A DNA stretch of 49,741 nt from Nemertoderma westbladi. Taxonomy: Eukaryota > Animalia > Xenacoelomorpha. Where the stretch lies: the NCBI GenBank assembly GCA_032718475.1, contig JAUCBJ010009023.1, positions 1-49,741 of the forward strand, written 5' to 3'. The translations under genes were made by a program, and so were the position numbers. Below, one piece after another: positions 36,462-49,741 of this stretch (the first letter of the stretch is position 1; each line of letters starts with the position of its first letter). The notes beneath the pieces were generated by a model. That model saw only the letters and a program-made list of their open reading frames with translations. It was not told where the DNA came from and searched no databases.

Positions 36462-39400
36462 AGCGGAGAACAGCGGTAAGGACACCGAAAGATCTTATTA
36501 TGTTAATAAAACGAGGAAAGACGTAAGTAAATCTAAGTCTCGAACCAGTGACAGGAGAGAACAGGTAACAACTCCTCCTACGTCTCCTAAGAGAATTCAT
36601 GGAAGAAAGCCCGAAGAAAGAACAAGTGTGCACAACACAACACAGGTTAAAGTAAGTAACATCAAACCCAAATGTGTATTGTGCGACGGGCCATATCGCT
36701 TGAGTGGATGTGATGAATTCTTGAAGAAATCCCTGAAGGATAGACGTGATGTCATGTGGGATAAGAGGTTGTGTTATAATTGCCTCAGACGAGGACATCA
36801 ACGAAGAACCTTTTACTCAGACGCGAAGTGTGCTAAGTGCGGCGCGAAACATCACATCTTGCTGCACACAGAATTTGACAGAACCCGCACGAGTCAGGTA
36901 AGTGAGCCCGAACTACATGTTCAATTCAGTGATGTGAATGACACTGACCACAGTTCGGAGATGGAAGGATTCTACACAGACAAATTCTCCGCGAATATGA
37001 ATCCTGTTACATGATTAACACAGCTGTGTATCGAGCACTTACGTACGAGACTGAAACAGACTGTGAAGATCCACGACTGACTATTCCGGATCGACAGCCA
37101 TCTTGGAAAGCACCAACTTCCTCTGTTGGTATCCGAGAATTCCCTGTGGTGCAACTGAGAGTCCATGGGCTAGGGAAGAGCCTGATAGTAAGCGCCCTCC
37201 TTGACTCCGGCAGCACAGGTACATTCATCGACAAAGAACTAGCCGAAGACATCTTTGCTGGACAACCCAAGTTCCGAACTAAGTTGATTTGCCCACTTTG
37301 CTACTAGCCAAGTGGAGCCTTACAGCTGGGATGAAGACTATTTTACCCAGCAACATAATATACCTAGATTCAACACAGATTATCCAGGGGTGCAGATCTT
37401 ACTCGGCCAAAATTCGCACGAAGCGCTTGAGACATTAGAAGAACGGCCTGCTCGACCGCAACCACTTCAGACGTATGCGGGAAGAACGAGAGTAGGTTGG
37501 TACTTCACTGGACCTTCCCGTAGAACCGTAATGGAAAGACTCCCTAATGAAAGAATACATCAGGTGAGTGAATGGGAAGAAGAAATCAGTGAGGAAGAAA
37601 CCCCAACTGAGGGAATTCCATACTCCTCAGACAACGACAACATCAACCACTTATATGATGAAGAAAATACCATCGATCTTCTCACTGAAAACCAAACTTG
37701 GTTAAACCAAGTCAACCTATGCCATCTCATCAATCAAAATGGCGGACAATTTACTTATAATGATGAATTAAACGAAGTAATAGATCGATACAATAACAAA
37801 ATCCGCAATGAACACGCCGTACGATTCTTTACTCAAGAAGCCGTAGAGCCTAATTCCTACGACAAAGCCTTGTCTGTCGAGGATGAGAGAGCCAAGCAGA
37901 TTCAGGAAACGACTACACGTTATCTGAAGAATGAAGGTCGCTATGAGATTGGTCTTCCGTTCCAACGGTGAGAACCCAGCTTTGTAAATAACCGACCTTT
38001 AGCGGAAAAGAGAATCGCACAACTACATCGGCGTCTTATGGCCAACGTTCAAGCCAGGGAAATGTATAAAACCCAGCTGAAGAAATTTATTGATAAAGGA
38101 TACACGGAGCGAGTTCCGGAAGAAACACCCATAACGGAGAGAACGTATTATCTAACACATCATTACATTCCCAAGCCCGGTAAACCCAACGAAGTCCGGG
38201 TAGTGTTTGATGGCTCCGCCCTTTACATGGGTCAATCCCTGAACTCAGAACTGTTGCCGGGACCCAACTTACTCCAATCTTTGTTGGGAATATTATTAAG
38301 ACTGCGGCAATATTCTATCGCATTCGCTTCGGACATAGAAGGCATGTTCTTACAAGTCAAGGCGCTGGGATCGAGATCGGGATCGAGACAGCCTACGATT
38401 TCTGTGGTGGCTTGAAGGAGACCTCAACCGAAAACCGGTGGAGTACTGGATGACTATCCAGGCTTTCAGGATCATCTCGAGCCCCTCGAACGCTTGTTCG
38501 GTAGTGCGTACCACTGCCGATGACAACCAAGAAACCTTCTCTAAAGCGGTTATCGACAACATCAAACGGGATATATACATGGACGACAATTTAAAGTCCC
38601 TCCCATCGGTGGAAGAAGCCATTGATGTTGCCAAGGGAACGGTAGAGTGCTTGCAACGCGGTGGATTTCGGCTAACCAAAATCACTAGTAACTCCCGTGA
38701 GTTTCTGGAATCGATCCCGGCAGAAGACGGAGGTGTTAAAGATCTGGACATAATCAAGGACGATCTTCCGGAAACCAAGACACTTGGATTAAAATGGGAC
38801 ACGGAGAGAGATATCTTGTTTTTTCAGTTAAAACAGTGAGATAATCCAGTTAGAACTAAACGGATTTGTCTAAGTATCCTGAGCACTTATTTCGATCCAT
38901 TGGGATTTATTAGCCCAGTTATATTAGTTGCTCGGGGCTTAGTGCAACAAATGTGGCTCGAAAACCACTCGTGGGATGATCCACTTAAGGGAGAACTACT
39001 AAAGAAGTGGATGAAATGGGAAGATTCTCTACCATCCATCGAGAACTTTAAGATTTCCCTTTCATATTTTGGTCACGTTCTCCCCACGTATTCCTATGAA
39101 CTCCATGTGTTTGGAGATGCCTGCGATATGGGAATAGGTATAGTAGCCTACCTGAGGGTTGAAACTCCGGATGGAATTAAAGTTGCCTTGGTCGCCTCTA
39201 AGGCCCTAATAAACAACAAACTACGAGTTCCTAGAGCGGAGTTAAAGGCGGCTCTATACACTACAGCCATTGGCCGGAATGTAACAGAACAGATCGACTA
39301 TCCACTGGAGAAAACCGTCTATTGGACTGATGCTTTACTCGTTCTGAAGTATATAACAAATGAAGTCTGTCAGTTCAGCATCTTCGTTACCAACAGAGTA

Positions 39401-41476
39401 GCCATTATACTCAGTCGCTCTAATGCAGATCAATGGAGACATTGCCCTGGGACGATCAATCCAGCCAACATCGCCTCCAGAGGAGCAACTCCTCAAGAAC
39501 TGATAGATACTCCAGACTGGTTAGGTGGACCCGACTTCCTGAGTAAAGAAGAGGAGGAATGGCCCCCTCATCTCACCACGGCGGAGATTAGACAAGCCAA
39601 GGGAGCGGAGAAAGTCAAACCTAAAACCCGGATGAGTAAATCAAAGTTATTTAAACCTGTGATAGATCTGTCTGTACTACACACCTCCGGGGACGACGCT
39701 GTGGATCTAAACTCACCCATTACGACTAAATCCGTTATAGAAATTAGAGAAAGAGACTGGAAATCTGGAACACCAGATGTCTCGCAAGGACTCTCCCCTC
39801 TCCTACAGAGAGCAATAAATCATTATAGCTCTTGGAATCGGCTTTGCAAGGCCGTCGTGTATCTGAAAAGATGTTTCCATCATCACTATTCCAGGACGAA
39901 GATCGCTAGTGATAACGCTCCAATAATATCCGAAAAAATAATATCGGAAAATATCCATGCTATTAAAGACCTTCCCACTTATAAAGTGTCTGATAGGTTT
40001 CTGACTGAGAAGATCACTTACCAAGAGCATGAAGATACCAATAAGCAGATACTGAGACTCCTGCAATGTTATGAAGATTCCGATAAATATTTCCTGTTGT
40101 TGAGAAATCCACAGATGCGCTTAAGGGATCGTTTCTCTAGCACAATGATAGATGGGTTAATACGTGTCGGAGGGAGATTAACTAATGCTCCATTGTCCTT
40201 TGACACTAAATTTCCCATACTCATTAGAAATATTGAAATACAAATCAAGATGATTGTAGATGTTCACAGTAGGCTTTACCATGCTGGTAGAGAACGAGTT
40301 CTTAGCGAAATTCGAACTCCCTATTATTTCCATAAGCCCCGTAGAGCTCTGAACCAAGTTCTTAGGAACTGTATACCCTGTAGGAAAGCATTTAGTAGGC
40401 CTTTAACACAGAGAGAGGCAGAATTACCTAGGGAACGAGTGAGCTTCTATGAACCACCCTTTACTAATACTGGTGTGGATTCATTTGGCCCTATTGAAGT
40501 ATATCGTGCTAGGACTATAGTCAAGCGATGGTGTGTAATCTTTGTCTGTATGACTTGTAGAGCGATCCATCTAGATATGGTGAACGTTCTATCTACCAAC
40601 AGCTTCATACTGAGTTTACGCCGACAGATCGCTCGTTTTGGGACTAGCAACACTATGAGATCCGACAAAGGAACGAACTTCATTGGCGCCAATAATGAGT
40701 TCAAAGCTTACGTGAAAGATTGGAACCAAAGACAGGTGGACGATCAGCTAAGGGTAACAGCATCTAGCTGGACCTTCAACGCCGCCGACGCCCCTTGGTG
40801 GGGAGGGAGTTGGGAGAGATTAATACGGTGCGTGAAGACCGCATTTCACTTTATAGTGCCGTGCCGCGCGTATCTCACCGACGAACTTTTGCAGACATTA
40901 ATGGAAGAAATCGCCGCCTATCTTAATGAGAGACTGCTTATGCCAGTCTCCTCGAGTCCCGACTCCATAGAAGCGCTAACACCCGGGCATTTCCTACTGA
41001 AGAAACCTGTAGCCATGCTCCCACAATCAGAAATCACGGACGGAGACGAATACTGCCGACAAACTTGGCAACTCATGCAGTTATTATCCCGTCGTTTCGC
41101 TGACCATTTTGAAAAACATTATCTGCCTATGCTACAACTTCGAACCAAGTGGTTTGCGCAGCAAGAAAACGTCAGCGCCGGAGACATGGTCCTTATTGTG
41201 GAATCAGATCTTCCACGTAAGCGGTGGCAGACAGGTCGTATCATCGAGACTCATATATCCGATGATGGTTTAGTGCGATCGGTAGAACTCGTCGTCATGC
41301 GATGTAACCTTAAGAAACCTGGAATTGTATTCGAAACACAACAACTCAATCGCCCAATTGGTCGTTTATGTTTACTGGAAAGAGACAGAGAGCTATCCGG
41401 AAATTATGGAAGGCAAGATACTCTTCCCACAACCACCTTCCTAATCCAACAAACATCTAGGGACTCCCCAACGTAA
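36462..41476 (+). pseudogene. gag-pol: Copy P gag zinc knuckles, protease, RT, RNase H and complete integrase; several stops and frameshifts
   Basis: LDSGSTGTFI protease; YMDD; 38900-41476 is open with HHCC (H...H...CIPC), GVDSFGP, SDKGTNF and WERLI. Confidence 0.93.
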
Positions 41477-43191
41477 CAGCGTCTGGAGTGGGTGTGTGAC
41501 TACATTATTTTATATGTTTTTATTATTTTTATATTTATGTATGTATTATTACGTAATTTTATTATTATAATCGTTTTCTTTAATTTTATTTAGTAGAATA
41601 ATATTTTAACGATTATTCAGTAGATTAGTGCAATATATATTCGTGTTTATTACTTAATTACTTAGCATAATATATTTCGTTTAACGGCAAGAAATAATTC
41701 ATTTTCTCTTTCCTTACTGTCCGTATCATACTATAAATACGTGGCTACAGTAAGATGAAATGTCTGTACTTATTAAAAGTACAATACCGGCCCTACTATA
41801 ATCAAGTATTATTGGTAAGTAGAGTATTAGGAATGCAAAGTTCAGATCCTCGTGTCTCGGCTAAACCAAGCTCTGGGTAGACCTTGGAAACGACTTGCCT
41901 CTTCTCACTGACATTGCTTCTTGCAATATTGCTCTCATGCCGTATATTAAATAATACATATAAGTAGAATGATGTCCATTTAACAGTAGCGTTGAAACGC
42001 AAAATAAATCTGTTAAACCCTTTGACCATCTGAAATTCTAGTCAATTAAGATATCGCGGCACCCACCGATATACTTGAAAGACAAAATTCTAGAATCAGT
42101 GGTTAACGTCCCAGACATGTTCTGGAATAAATCGGTGCCCATCTTAAATATTAAATATTTAATAAATATTTGTAAAATCTGTTAAAACAAATGTTACAAT
42201 AGAGTAAATGCTAACAAATTGACTCTAGAAAATCTATAAATCAAAATCTGTTAAAATTTAGATCCTCTAAAATTCTAGTCGATTAAGATATCGTAGCACT
42301 TACCGATACTCTTAAAAAGACAAAATTTCTAGAATTAAGGATCCTAGTCCCCAGACATGTTCTGGAATAAAATTGTGTCTATTTAATATCAAATAATAAA
42401 ATTTACGGGAATAAATTTAAATACATATCCTCTCATGAATTTGATAAATTGTTATTTTATACAATTTATAACATTCCCAAAATTCCATTAATTAATAGAT
42501 CATGGGAGCGGAGATTCACCCTATTAAGTATATTAGTGTGCGAGAATCTCCAGTGTACAGTCAATAGCCGATAAAATTTATAAAATCATGTATAAGGGGA
42601 AAATTGACAATTAAAGAATTACTATTAAATAGCATCCCAGTTCTGTATGCATGAGAATTACCCTAATTCTACTGCTAGCTTTCCATAATGTCACCATAGC
42701 AACAACCACGCTAGAATTAGAAGCGAGTTAAAAGAACAATAGAAAGCTTGCCCCATTGAATAGCATGCGGAATAAATAGCACCCTCCTAGTATCCAGGGA
42801 TACCTAATAATAACGTGGCATTCTGGAAGGCACTTGACTAACGGACAAATGGCCCGAATGTGTACAAATTGTGACAGGAGTGTGGAATTTGTGTATTTAT
42901 AGGTGACTGTTACTACTAAAGTGTGTTTACAGTAGCGAGTCGCAATTGTGAAAGTAACCCTGCCTCTGTAGCAAGAACCTCAAGTAAATCTAAGCCCTTG
43001 GGACGGACAGTGGAGTGACTCGCGCTGGTTATTGTTGTCGTTGTGTAGCTACTACGTTGGCGAGAGGCACAGCGACGACAGTACATCAGCGCTGAGGATC
43101 TTGCGCTGTCCGGGGGCACTGAGGGGGAGGCAGCGACAACCGCTAGCCTAAATATTATTAATTATAATATCGATAAGCTCATATAGCAGCT

Positions 43192-45397
43192 ATGACTGAG
43201 TTAATAGAAGATGATCTTGGTATCAGGGAGCGATATACCCTACCATTGCAAGCATTTGTTGATAGTTTAATAAGCAGCGACGCTAGTCAACATACTACGG
43301 AGGACAATGGCCATTATATCGAACCGCCAATGTCAAACGAACAGCTCACACGTGAATTGGACTATAGAAAATTCACCGCTCGCTATACGCATCGTAATGG
43401 TACGTATATGGACTTCTTAACTACTGGTCATCCTATTGATTTACACGACACGGACGATGTAGACACCGAAAGGGAAATGATCCTATTTAAATATCATACC
43501 CAGCGGAGTCGGAATGATAAACTGAGAATCGAACATGAAAATTCTATTCGAAACCGACTCGAAAGAGAAGACGTTGAACAGCCGGATAAACGTAGTGACT
43601 TCAACAAATATTTGGAATTCTTGAGAGAAACATATCTCAATGTAGCCAGTCAACAAAATCTAGAAACTCGATATCCTCAAGGTATACATCATAACCCTAT
43701 GATAGAACTCAAACGACTCTATTTCACTATGATGTATCTTACCGCCGATCGACCGCTTCCTGTTATACTGGATAGCTTCGAACAGATGGAGGAATATTGT
43801 AAAACTGGAGAAAGATCACCCGCGTTTCCCCTACAAGACGTGCGTCTTTGGTATTATTGCGATGAATGCCCTAGACCCAACCAACAAACGGAAAGACATA
43901 AACATCCGCGGAGATGTTGCGCTAAACACAGTTTTACTCGCTATACTTACGGGAGTTTCAAGCGAAACTTGTTCGACGTATCACCCACACTCGCTCGACT
44001 CAAACAATCCTTATATAAACCTATGATCAGAGTTCCGGAATACTCGGTCAGACCTCCTCATTCCCTGGTGAGACCTCAGACTCTTGATCCTAGTAGTATG
44101 ACGGATCCCCCTGAACTGTATTCATTGTTCAAAGATCTAGTGTTACCTGAACAATTAGTCGGTGGCACTCCGGTTGTGGGCTCCCTAGATATTCACCCAT
44201 CCTACCTAGCCGGATTGGGACGCGGACATCTAATATCACCGTTCAACCCATATAATCGTCCCGGTTTAACCCCGATACAACCTGTCACCGAGGTGGACGA
44301 GAGCGTTGTACGAAACGCATTAGACGCTATTCGACAAAAGATCGGAAAAGGAACCTACGATTGTTTATACAAACGCAAATTGCAACAACAAGTCCAAGCG
44401 GTAAAAGAATTAGCTTTACCTCAGTTCGATCGGGAAATCCAGAAACTCGAAGAAGATATCGAACTTGGACGAACCTACTCTCTGCAAGAGTTTTTGGACG
44501 AACGCTTGCAACGACAAGCGGAGGAAAATCAGCTCGAGGAGAAGCACATCGAAATGGACGAGAGAGAAGAAGCAGCTTTAGCCCAGCCAGAAGCTCAAAT
44601 CCTTATGACTGATCTCTATTCCAAAACCATTATTCATCCTTCGATCGTTCCCAATTTCGGAGACAAACTCTTCGCCACGGTACAAACCCAACCGGTTGAT
44701 ATCAACTTAGGATCTAGAGATCTTATCACTTACGCTCCAATGTTACAACGTCCGCCAATCGAGGCTGCTCGTGTCGACGGTATACTCGTTGAACCTCCGG
44801 ACAATCGAGCGGATCTTGTCCGTCGTATGGTACACAAGGTCAATCTACGCTCTAGACCTTTACCAAACTCATTTTACGGGATCAAAGATCACCCCTATTA
44901 TGTCAATTTAACTCAATATTATATGGTGAAACCGGAAGATCCTACACACAGTTTAGAGTTTCTACCATTGATAAATCCCACGGTGACTTGTTCATAAACT
45001 CGCATCCAGAGCTACAAGAAGTTCATAGATGACCCTATGAATATAGAGCCCGAGAACGCGAGTTGGAAAGAACCATCAAACTGAGAAAATTTCTCACTAC
45101 CTACCTACCACTCCTACCACTCTCGTGCAAACGACCCGTCAGGGACTAGTAAGAGCTGCTGTCCTGAAACGCGCTCTAAAGGTTGTTCGACCTCGTTCCA
45201 CTGAGGTTGATATCGATCAACCGGGTACCTCAACCGGCGGATACACCGACCGTAATCCTAAACCTTCCGATGCAATTGTATTGCACCCCTCACCCAGGAG
45301 TTATAGCCCTCCTAGTAAAGTGGCTTGCCCCAAAGAGAAAATGCCTCTTACTAGCCTCAAAAAACTTCGTAAACGCCGTTCACGAAAGAAGGACTAA
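43192..45397 (+). pseudogene. Extra ORF of copy P with about 2 kb (exonuclease and zinc knuckles) deleted
   Basis: About 595 open codons matching 8477-6690, then a jump near 44980 to sequence matching 4442-4046. Confidence 0.9.
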
Positions 45398-45475
45398 TAG
45401 TTTAGAGTATTTTTGTATTTTAGAAACTGTGATTTTTTATATTTTATAGACTTAAATCCCATTTTCTGGGAGCGG

Positions 45476-46608
45476 TGTAAAAGCTTTTGCGGACATAACA
45501 AGTCATTTTTACGCAATGCGCAGAATACTCTAAAATAGCCCTAAATTTATCAATATACGTGATGGGAAGGAATTAGAACCAAGATGACGAAATCTGTCAG
45601 CTGATTCTTTGTGGATGTGGAGTTTCTTTGTTCTGCCTCATTCAGCCAATCAGAGCGATTTTCGCTTTATGTCTAACAGAAACCTATGGAAACTCGCGCA
45701 ATGCATTACGTTCTTTGTTTACTATTTTCTGAACATCATTGCCAGCTCGGAATTTTCTGTGCTTCTGTGTGGAAATTTCAGACTTTGGCCTAGGAACATC
45801 AGATGGCCTTGATTATAAGAACGTAAAACTATTAACTGGATACATCATTTCATCACTTAACGCATCACATTTCTCATTTACTCAATTCAACTGCATTTCA
45901 TACTTGCATAAGTAACACATACTGACTGCTCACCGCATTATTTTACTTCTGTTATTAATTGTTGTTATATTAATGGATATTGCTGTTATATTTGGAGAAT
46001 ACCGATAAATAATCATAAACCCCTCAATCTTCTTGATTACTGAGGTAAGAGGAACAGGTTTACAGGTAGCAACTGCGACTTAAATTATATTGGTTTTGTG
46101 TGAATTAAATGCTATTTCATAATCCCTACGTGTGTCAGTTGCGATCCTCCTTATATATGATCAAATTCAGTGACGGTCGGCAGATCAGTGCGAAGTAGTG
46201 TGAAGTCGTGTGAAGTAGTGTGAAGGTTAATAAAGCATCCCCTAAAGAATGCGCTATTTACGAAACTCTGTGGCCATCTAGTTGTGATTAGTATAAGTCA
46301 TAACTCTGTTTTTATACTTAAAGCGCCACGTCCTAAAGGAACTGTTAATATTTCCCCGAAAGTGAATATATTTGTCAGAGATTATATAGTAACGATCAAT
46401 CGAATGATACAGTAGGTCTACACTGCAATAACTCTCAAGGAATCCGAATCCAGTCTCCCACACAGTGGGTCATACGCCGCGCACGGACTGGCTTCGGCTG
46501 ATGTAACTTCTGTACACTAGGTAATTGATATAGGCTAAAGTCGATTTATAAACAAGAGGACAATTAAAATTGGCAGGTTAAACAGCTAAAGGTCTAAAAG
46601 CGCGAACA
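45476..46608 (+). repeat. 3' LTR of copy P
   Basis: GGGAGCGG|TGTAAAAG...CGCGAACA; CCAAT box near 45644; homologous to 2911-3967. Confidence 0.85.
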
Positions 46609-47176
46609 GTGGTTTTCAAAATTTGGTGCTAGCATCAAATTTTGCACCCACTTCCGAAAAATACAAGTTATATTCGGATATATTCCATCGCAATCAGAGA
46701 CCAAAAAAAAAACCCCTACTGCGCAAAAAAAAGGTTCAAACAATCAAATTACAAATTTGACATATTTCAAAATTTGGTGATGGCACCAAAATTGGCACCC
46801 GCCGAAAAAAACAGGTTTGAAATTTCTACATTTATTTAGATGAATTCCATCTAATTGCGAACACCAAAAAACCGGTATAAATCTAAATCAATCATAGAAA
46901 AAATCAAATAGAGATGATACAAATCATATTTAATGAACTGTAATTTTCAAAAAACGCCTCAACAAAAGTGCCAAAAGTAGGGTTAAAAAATGGTGCTATA
47001 ACTCGAAAACTTCCCAATATTTTTGAAAACCGTTTTCACTATTACGAAAACAATAGATTTTTAGGAAAAGTCACAAAATGTCAGATTCCCCACTGCGTTT
47101 GTTTCAGAGTTATAACAAAAAAACCACGGGAAGGGTCATATTGCCCCCCCCCCCCCCCCGTGTTTAGTAGGGTTCA
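46609..47176. mobile_element. Probable end of a non-autonomous DNA transposon (piggyBac-like terminus)
   Basis: Repeated tttcaaaatttggtg...gcacc units, a long C tract, and an end tttagtagggttca resembling AGGG-TTAA with one mismatch; the other end is not seen. Confidence 0.4.
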
Positions 47177-47520
47177 TGAATTTAACTTTTTGCATGATTT
47201 AGCCAATCCGTGCAGTTGGACATATAACAGGAACAATGTCCCCCAAAATAAATAATGTGAGGTTTTTTATAGTGACTTCCAAAAAATATGCAATGCACAT
47301 GTAAAATTGAGAATTGATAATTTACAATTAATTCGAAACCATTACTCTTACGCTTACCTCTTAGATACTGTAACAAAAGGGATTACCAAATCGATTGAAA
47401 CTAAGAATATAATATTTGTTAAGCAGCGTTCTAGTAAAAAATCAGCAATGTAAACGAAGTCAAAGAAGTGATGCCATCGACAACGGCGAGTCACTCTGCG
47501 CTGTACATATCGATATACGT

Positions 47521-48090
47521 AAGTATTTAGGGATTAAAATAGATGAAAAAAATATCATGGAAAGCGCACATGGAATATTTTAAATAAAATTTCAAAGTTG
47601 TCTGGAATTTTTATAAACTAAGGAATTTGTTTCCACTATAAATTTTAAAGTCGCTATACTACTCTTTAATTAATCCCTATGTGCAATATTGTCTGATAGT
47701 CTGGGGAAGCGCATGAAAAAGTCGTACAGTATAATGAAAGTTCAGGTAAAAGTAAAAACTCCGGTGTATAACACGCTGATAAAGAGAGTCATTCTTTCCG
47801 ATTTATAAGAAATTAAATTTTCTGCCCATTCGGCATCTTTACCGACTTCAATTAGGAATGTTTATGCACTAAGTACATATTTTACGAATACGATAGGACA
47901 GAACTATCCAGGCTTTTTCGTTTTTTCGCAATCCAGTAATATACATGACTATGGAACACGATCGGCCAGAAAAAACTTGTCGGACAGGCATCACTGGCAT
48001 ACAGCGGCGCCATTCTATGATACAAATTACCTCAAAATATAGTGGAAATAAAGTCAAAAACCGTATTAAACGCAAAATATTGCGAGATTA
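47521..48090 (+). pseudogene. Decayed CR1/L2-group LINE, RT C-terminal relic
   Basis: Frameshifted translation gives KYLGIKIDEK..SWKAH, LKSLYYSLINPYVQYCLIVWGS and YSGAIL. Confidence 0.75.
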
Positions 48091-48486
48091 ATTATTTAGG
48101 CATGAAAATCCGATTTACCTTGCTGTTTAAAATGAGTTACACGTTACATAGTTATTATTGTTACATAGTTACATAGTCATTATAGTTTATTACATGTTAC
48201 AAAATTTTTATATTTTTATAACTAAATATATATGTATACATATGTATCTAAATAGATACCCTATGGTCATAAATTCGAGAAGGGGTGACCATTAGGTGAA
48301 AATTATATATAAAGAGTGTCCATTACGTGAAAGAGTCTGTGACGGGATCCGAGAATCCCGATTTATCCCGGTTATCTTATCTACGCGTCCCCGCCGTGTG
48401 TGTGTGAAAAGAGTTCTGGGGTTGTTGATTGATCGGTATGTATGAATATAGGATATAATATAATTGAATAAAGTATAAACACAGTT

Positions 48487-49550
48487 ACTACTACTACTAG
48501 GATCGGCATGCTGCATTGCAGCTGCATTTTTAAGAATGCTGTGCCGGCTTGTCAACAAAATTGCACCGCCACAACTTCCTATCACCCATGACATTTGCTA
48601 GATCATCCGCATCTTTAAGGCCAGTGTCCTTTAAGATGCGTCTCAAGAAAGTCATGGACTGTCCAGCATGCTTATTCACTCCATGAGGCTGCCAAAGTAC
48701 AAGATTATGCACTGGCTGGTCCTCACGGCGAAAGCAATGTCCTGCAAAGCGGAGGCGATTTTGTTCTAGTGTCAAGCTTGGGGGAACCAATGAGACACCT
48801 CCAATGTTATATAGTGTCTGGTTGGAGATGTGTGCATTGTACTTGACACAATGGACCCGGCGTAGCATTCTTGTGAATGTGCCATCCAGAGATTTGGTGT
48901 CCTCAGCAGTTAGAGCCCAGCATGGACTCCCATAGAGGAGTACTGGAACTATTGCTGCTCTAAATAATCGGACCATAAGTTTCCGATTAATTCTCGGTGA
49001 CTTCCAAATCCTGGGAAGCCCATTCAAGGCTGCCCATGCCTTTCCCTTACGTATTCGAAGGTCCTCACCTGACTTCCGGATCCATGATCCCAGGTAACAG
49101 AAGTCGTCCACATGCTCAAGCATACCATCCTTTGAGCTTATGCTCATCCGATCAGAGACTTCCTGAGGACTTTCAAAGTTAACTGTCAGAATTTTGGTCT
49201 TTCTGGAGTTAATAAAAAGACCAACACTAGAAGCAGCATGTTCTAATGAGCTGAGGAGCCGTTGGGCTCCCTCTAATGATTCTGAGAGTACTCCTAAGTC
49301 ATCAGCAAAGTCTAGATCAGTTAGGTACTTGGCAGGATTTCCTCGACTTCTGGAGCCAGTAGGTGGAGTTATCATCACCCCATCATCATTATAATGATCT
49401 AAGGACATGCGTAGAACATAGTCAACCACAATAATGAACAAGAATGGTGCAAGTGTGTCTCCTTGGAGGACGCCCCATAACACTTCAAATGGTTCTGTGT
49501 CACCGTCAACAGTAGACACAAATGTTGTCGAACCATCGTATACTGATCTG
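48487..49550 (-). mobile_element. 5'-truncated RTE LINE with open RT C-terminal frame (48530-49519)
   Basis: Same family as 28710-32467; (TAG)n tail; flanked by 113/115-bp direct repeats. Confidence 0.94.
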
Positions 49551-49741
49551 ATCTTATCTACGCGTCCCCGCCGTGTGTGTGTGTGAAAAGAGTTCTGGGG
49601 TTGTTGATTGATCGGTATGTATGAATATAGGATATAATATACTTGAATAAAGTATAAACACAGTTGATTGAATGTTAAGTAAGTGTACCAGTAGATAGCT
49701 GAAATGATGGTGGCGGTAGTGGACGGTAATAAGAGTTGCCG

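Larger units (their letters stand above)
26234..46608 (+). mobile_element. Large BEL/Pao LTR retrotransposon, copy P (three nested insertions, 5' LTR missing)
   Basis: Inverted homology with copy M from ggcgtaggtaaagactgg (26234 vs 25379) to the LTR end. Confidence 0.92.

Noticed and set aside
46609-46630. GTGGTTTTC after the LTR as a primer-binding site
   Set aside because: No recognisable tRNA complement, no gag downstream, and the other two LTR ends have different flanks.

Overview
Eukaryotic (probably invertebrate) nest of transposons; I recognise no host genes. Most of the window is two decayed copies of one unusually large BEL/Pao LTR retrotransposon lying head-to-head: copy M on the minus strand (2911-25379) and copy P on the plus strand (26234-46608). 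Each has a 3' LTR of about 1.1 kb, and neither has a visible 5' LTR. Comparing the copies reconstructs a single Gag-PR-RT-RNaseH-IN ORF of roughly 2,700 aa and a second downstream ORF of roughly 1,400 aa in the usual env position. That second ORF is not an envelope protein. It carries a WRN/RNase D-type (DEDDy) 3'-5' exonuclease domain, three Cys/His zinc-knuckle motifs and a basic NLS-like tail, and it is the most interesting item here. Also present: the 3' end of a second BEL family (1-2171), four pieces of one RTE-clade LINE (one full-length, one with a ~113-bp target duplication), a Helentron/DINE-1-like non-autonomous element, an unclassified 1.3-kb TG...CA insert, a 4,378-bp near-identical tandem duplication of pol, and a CR1/L2-group relic. 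All alignments and lengths were made by eye.
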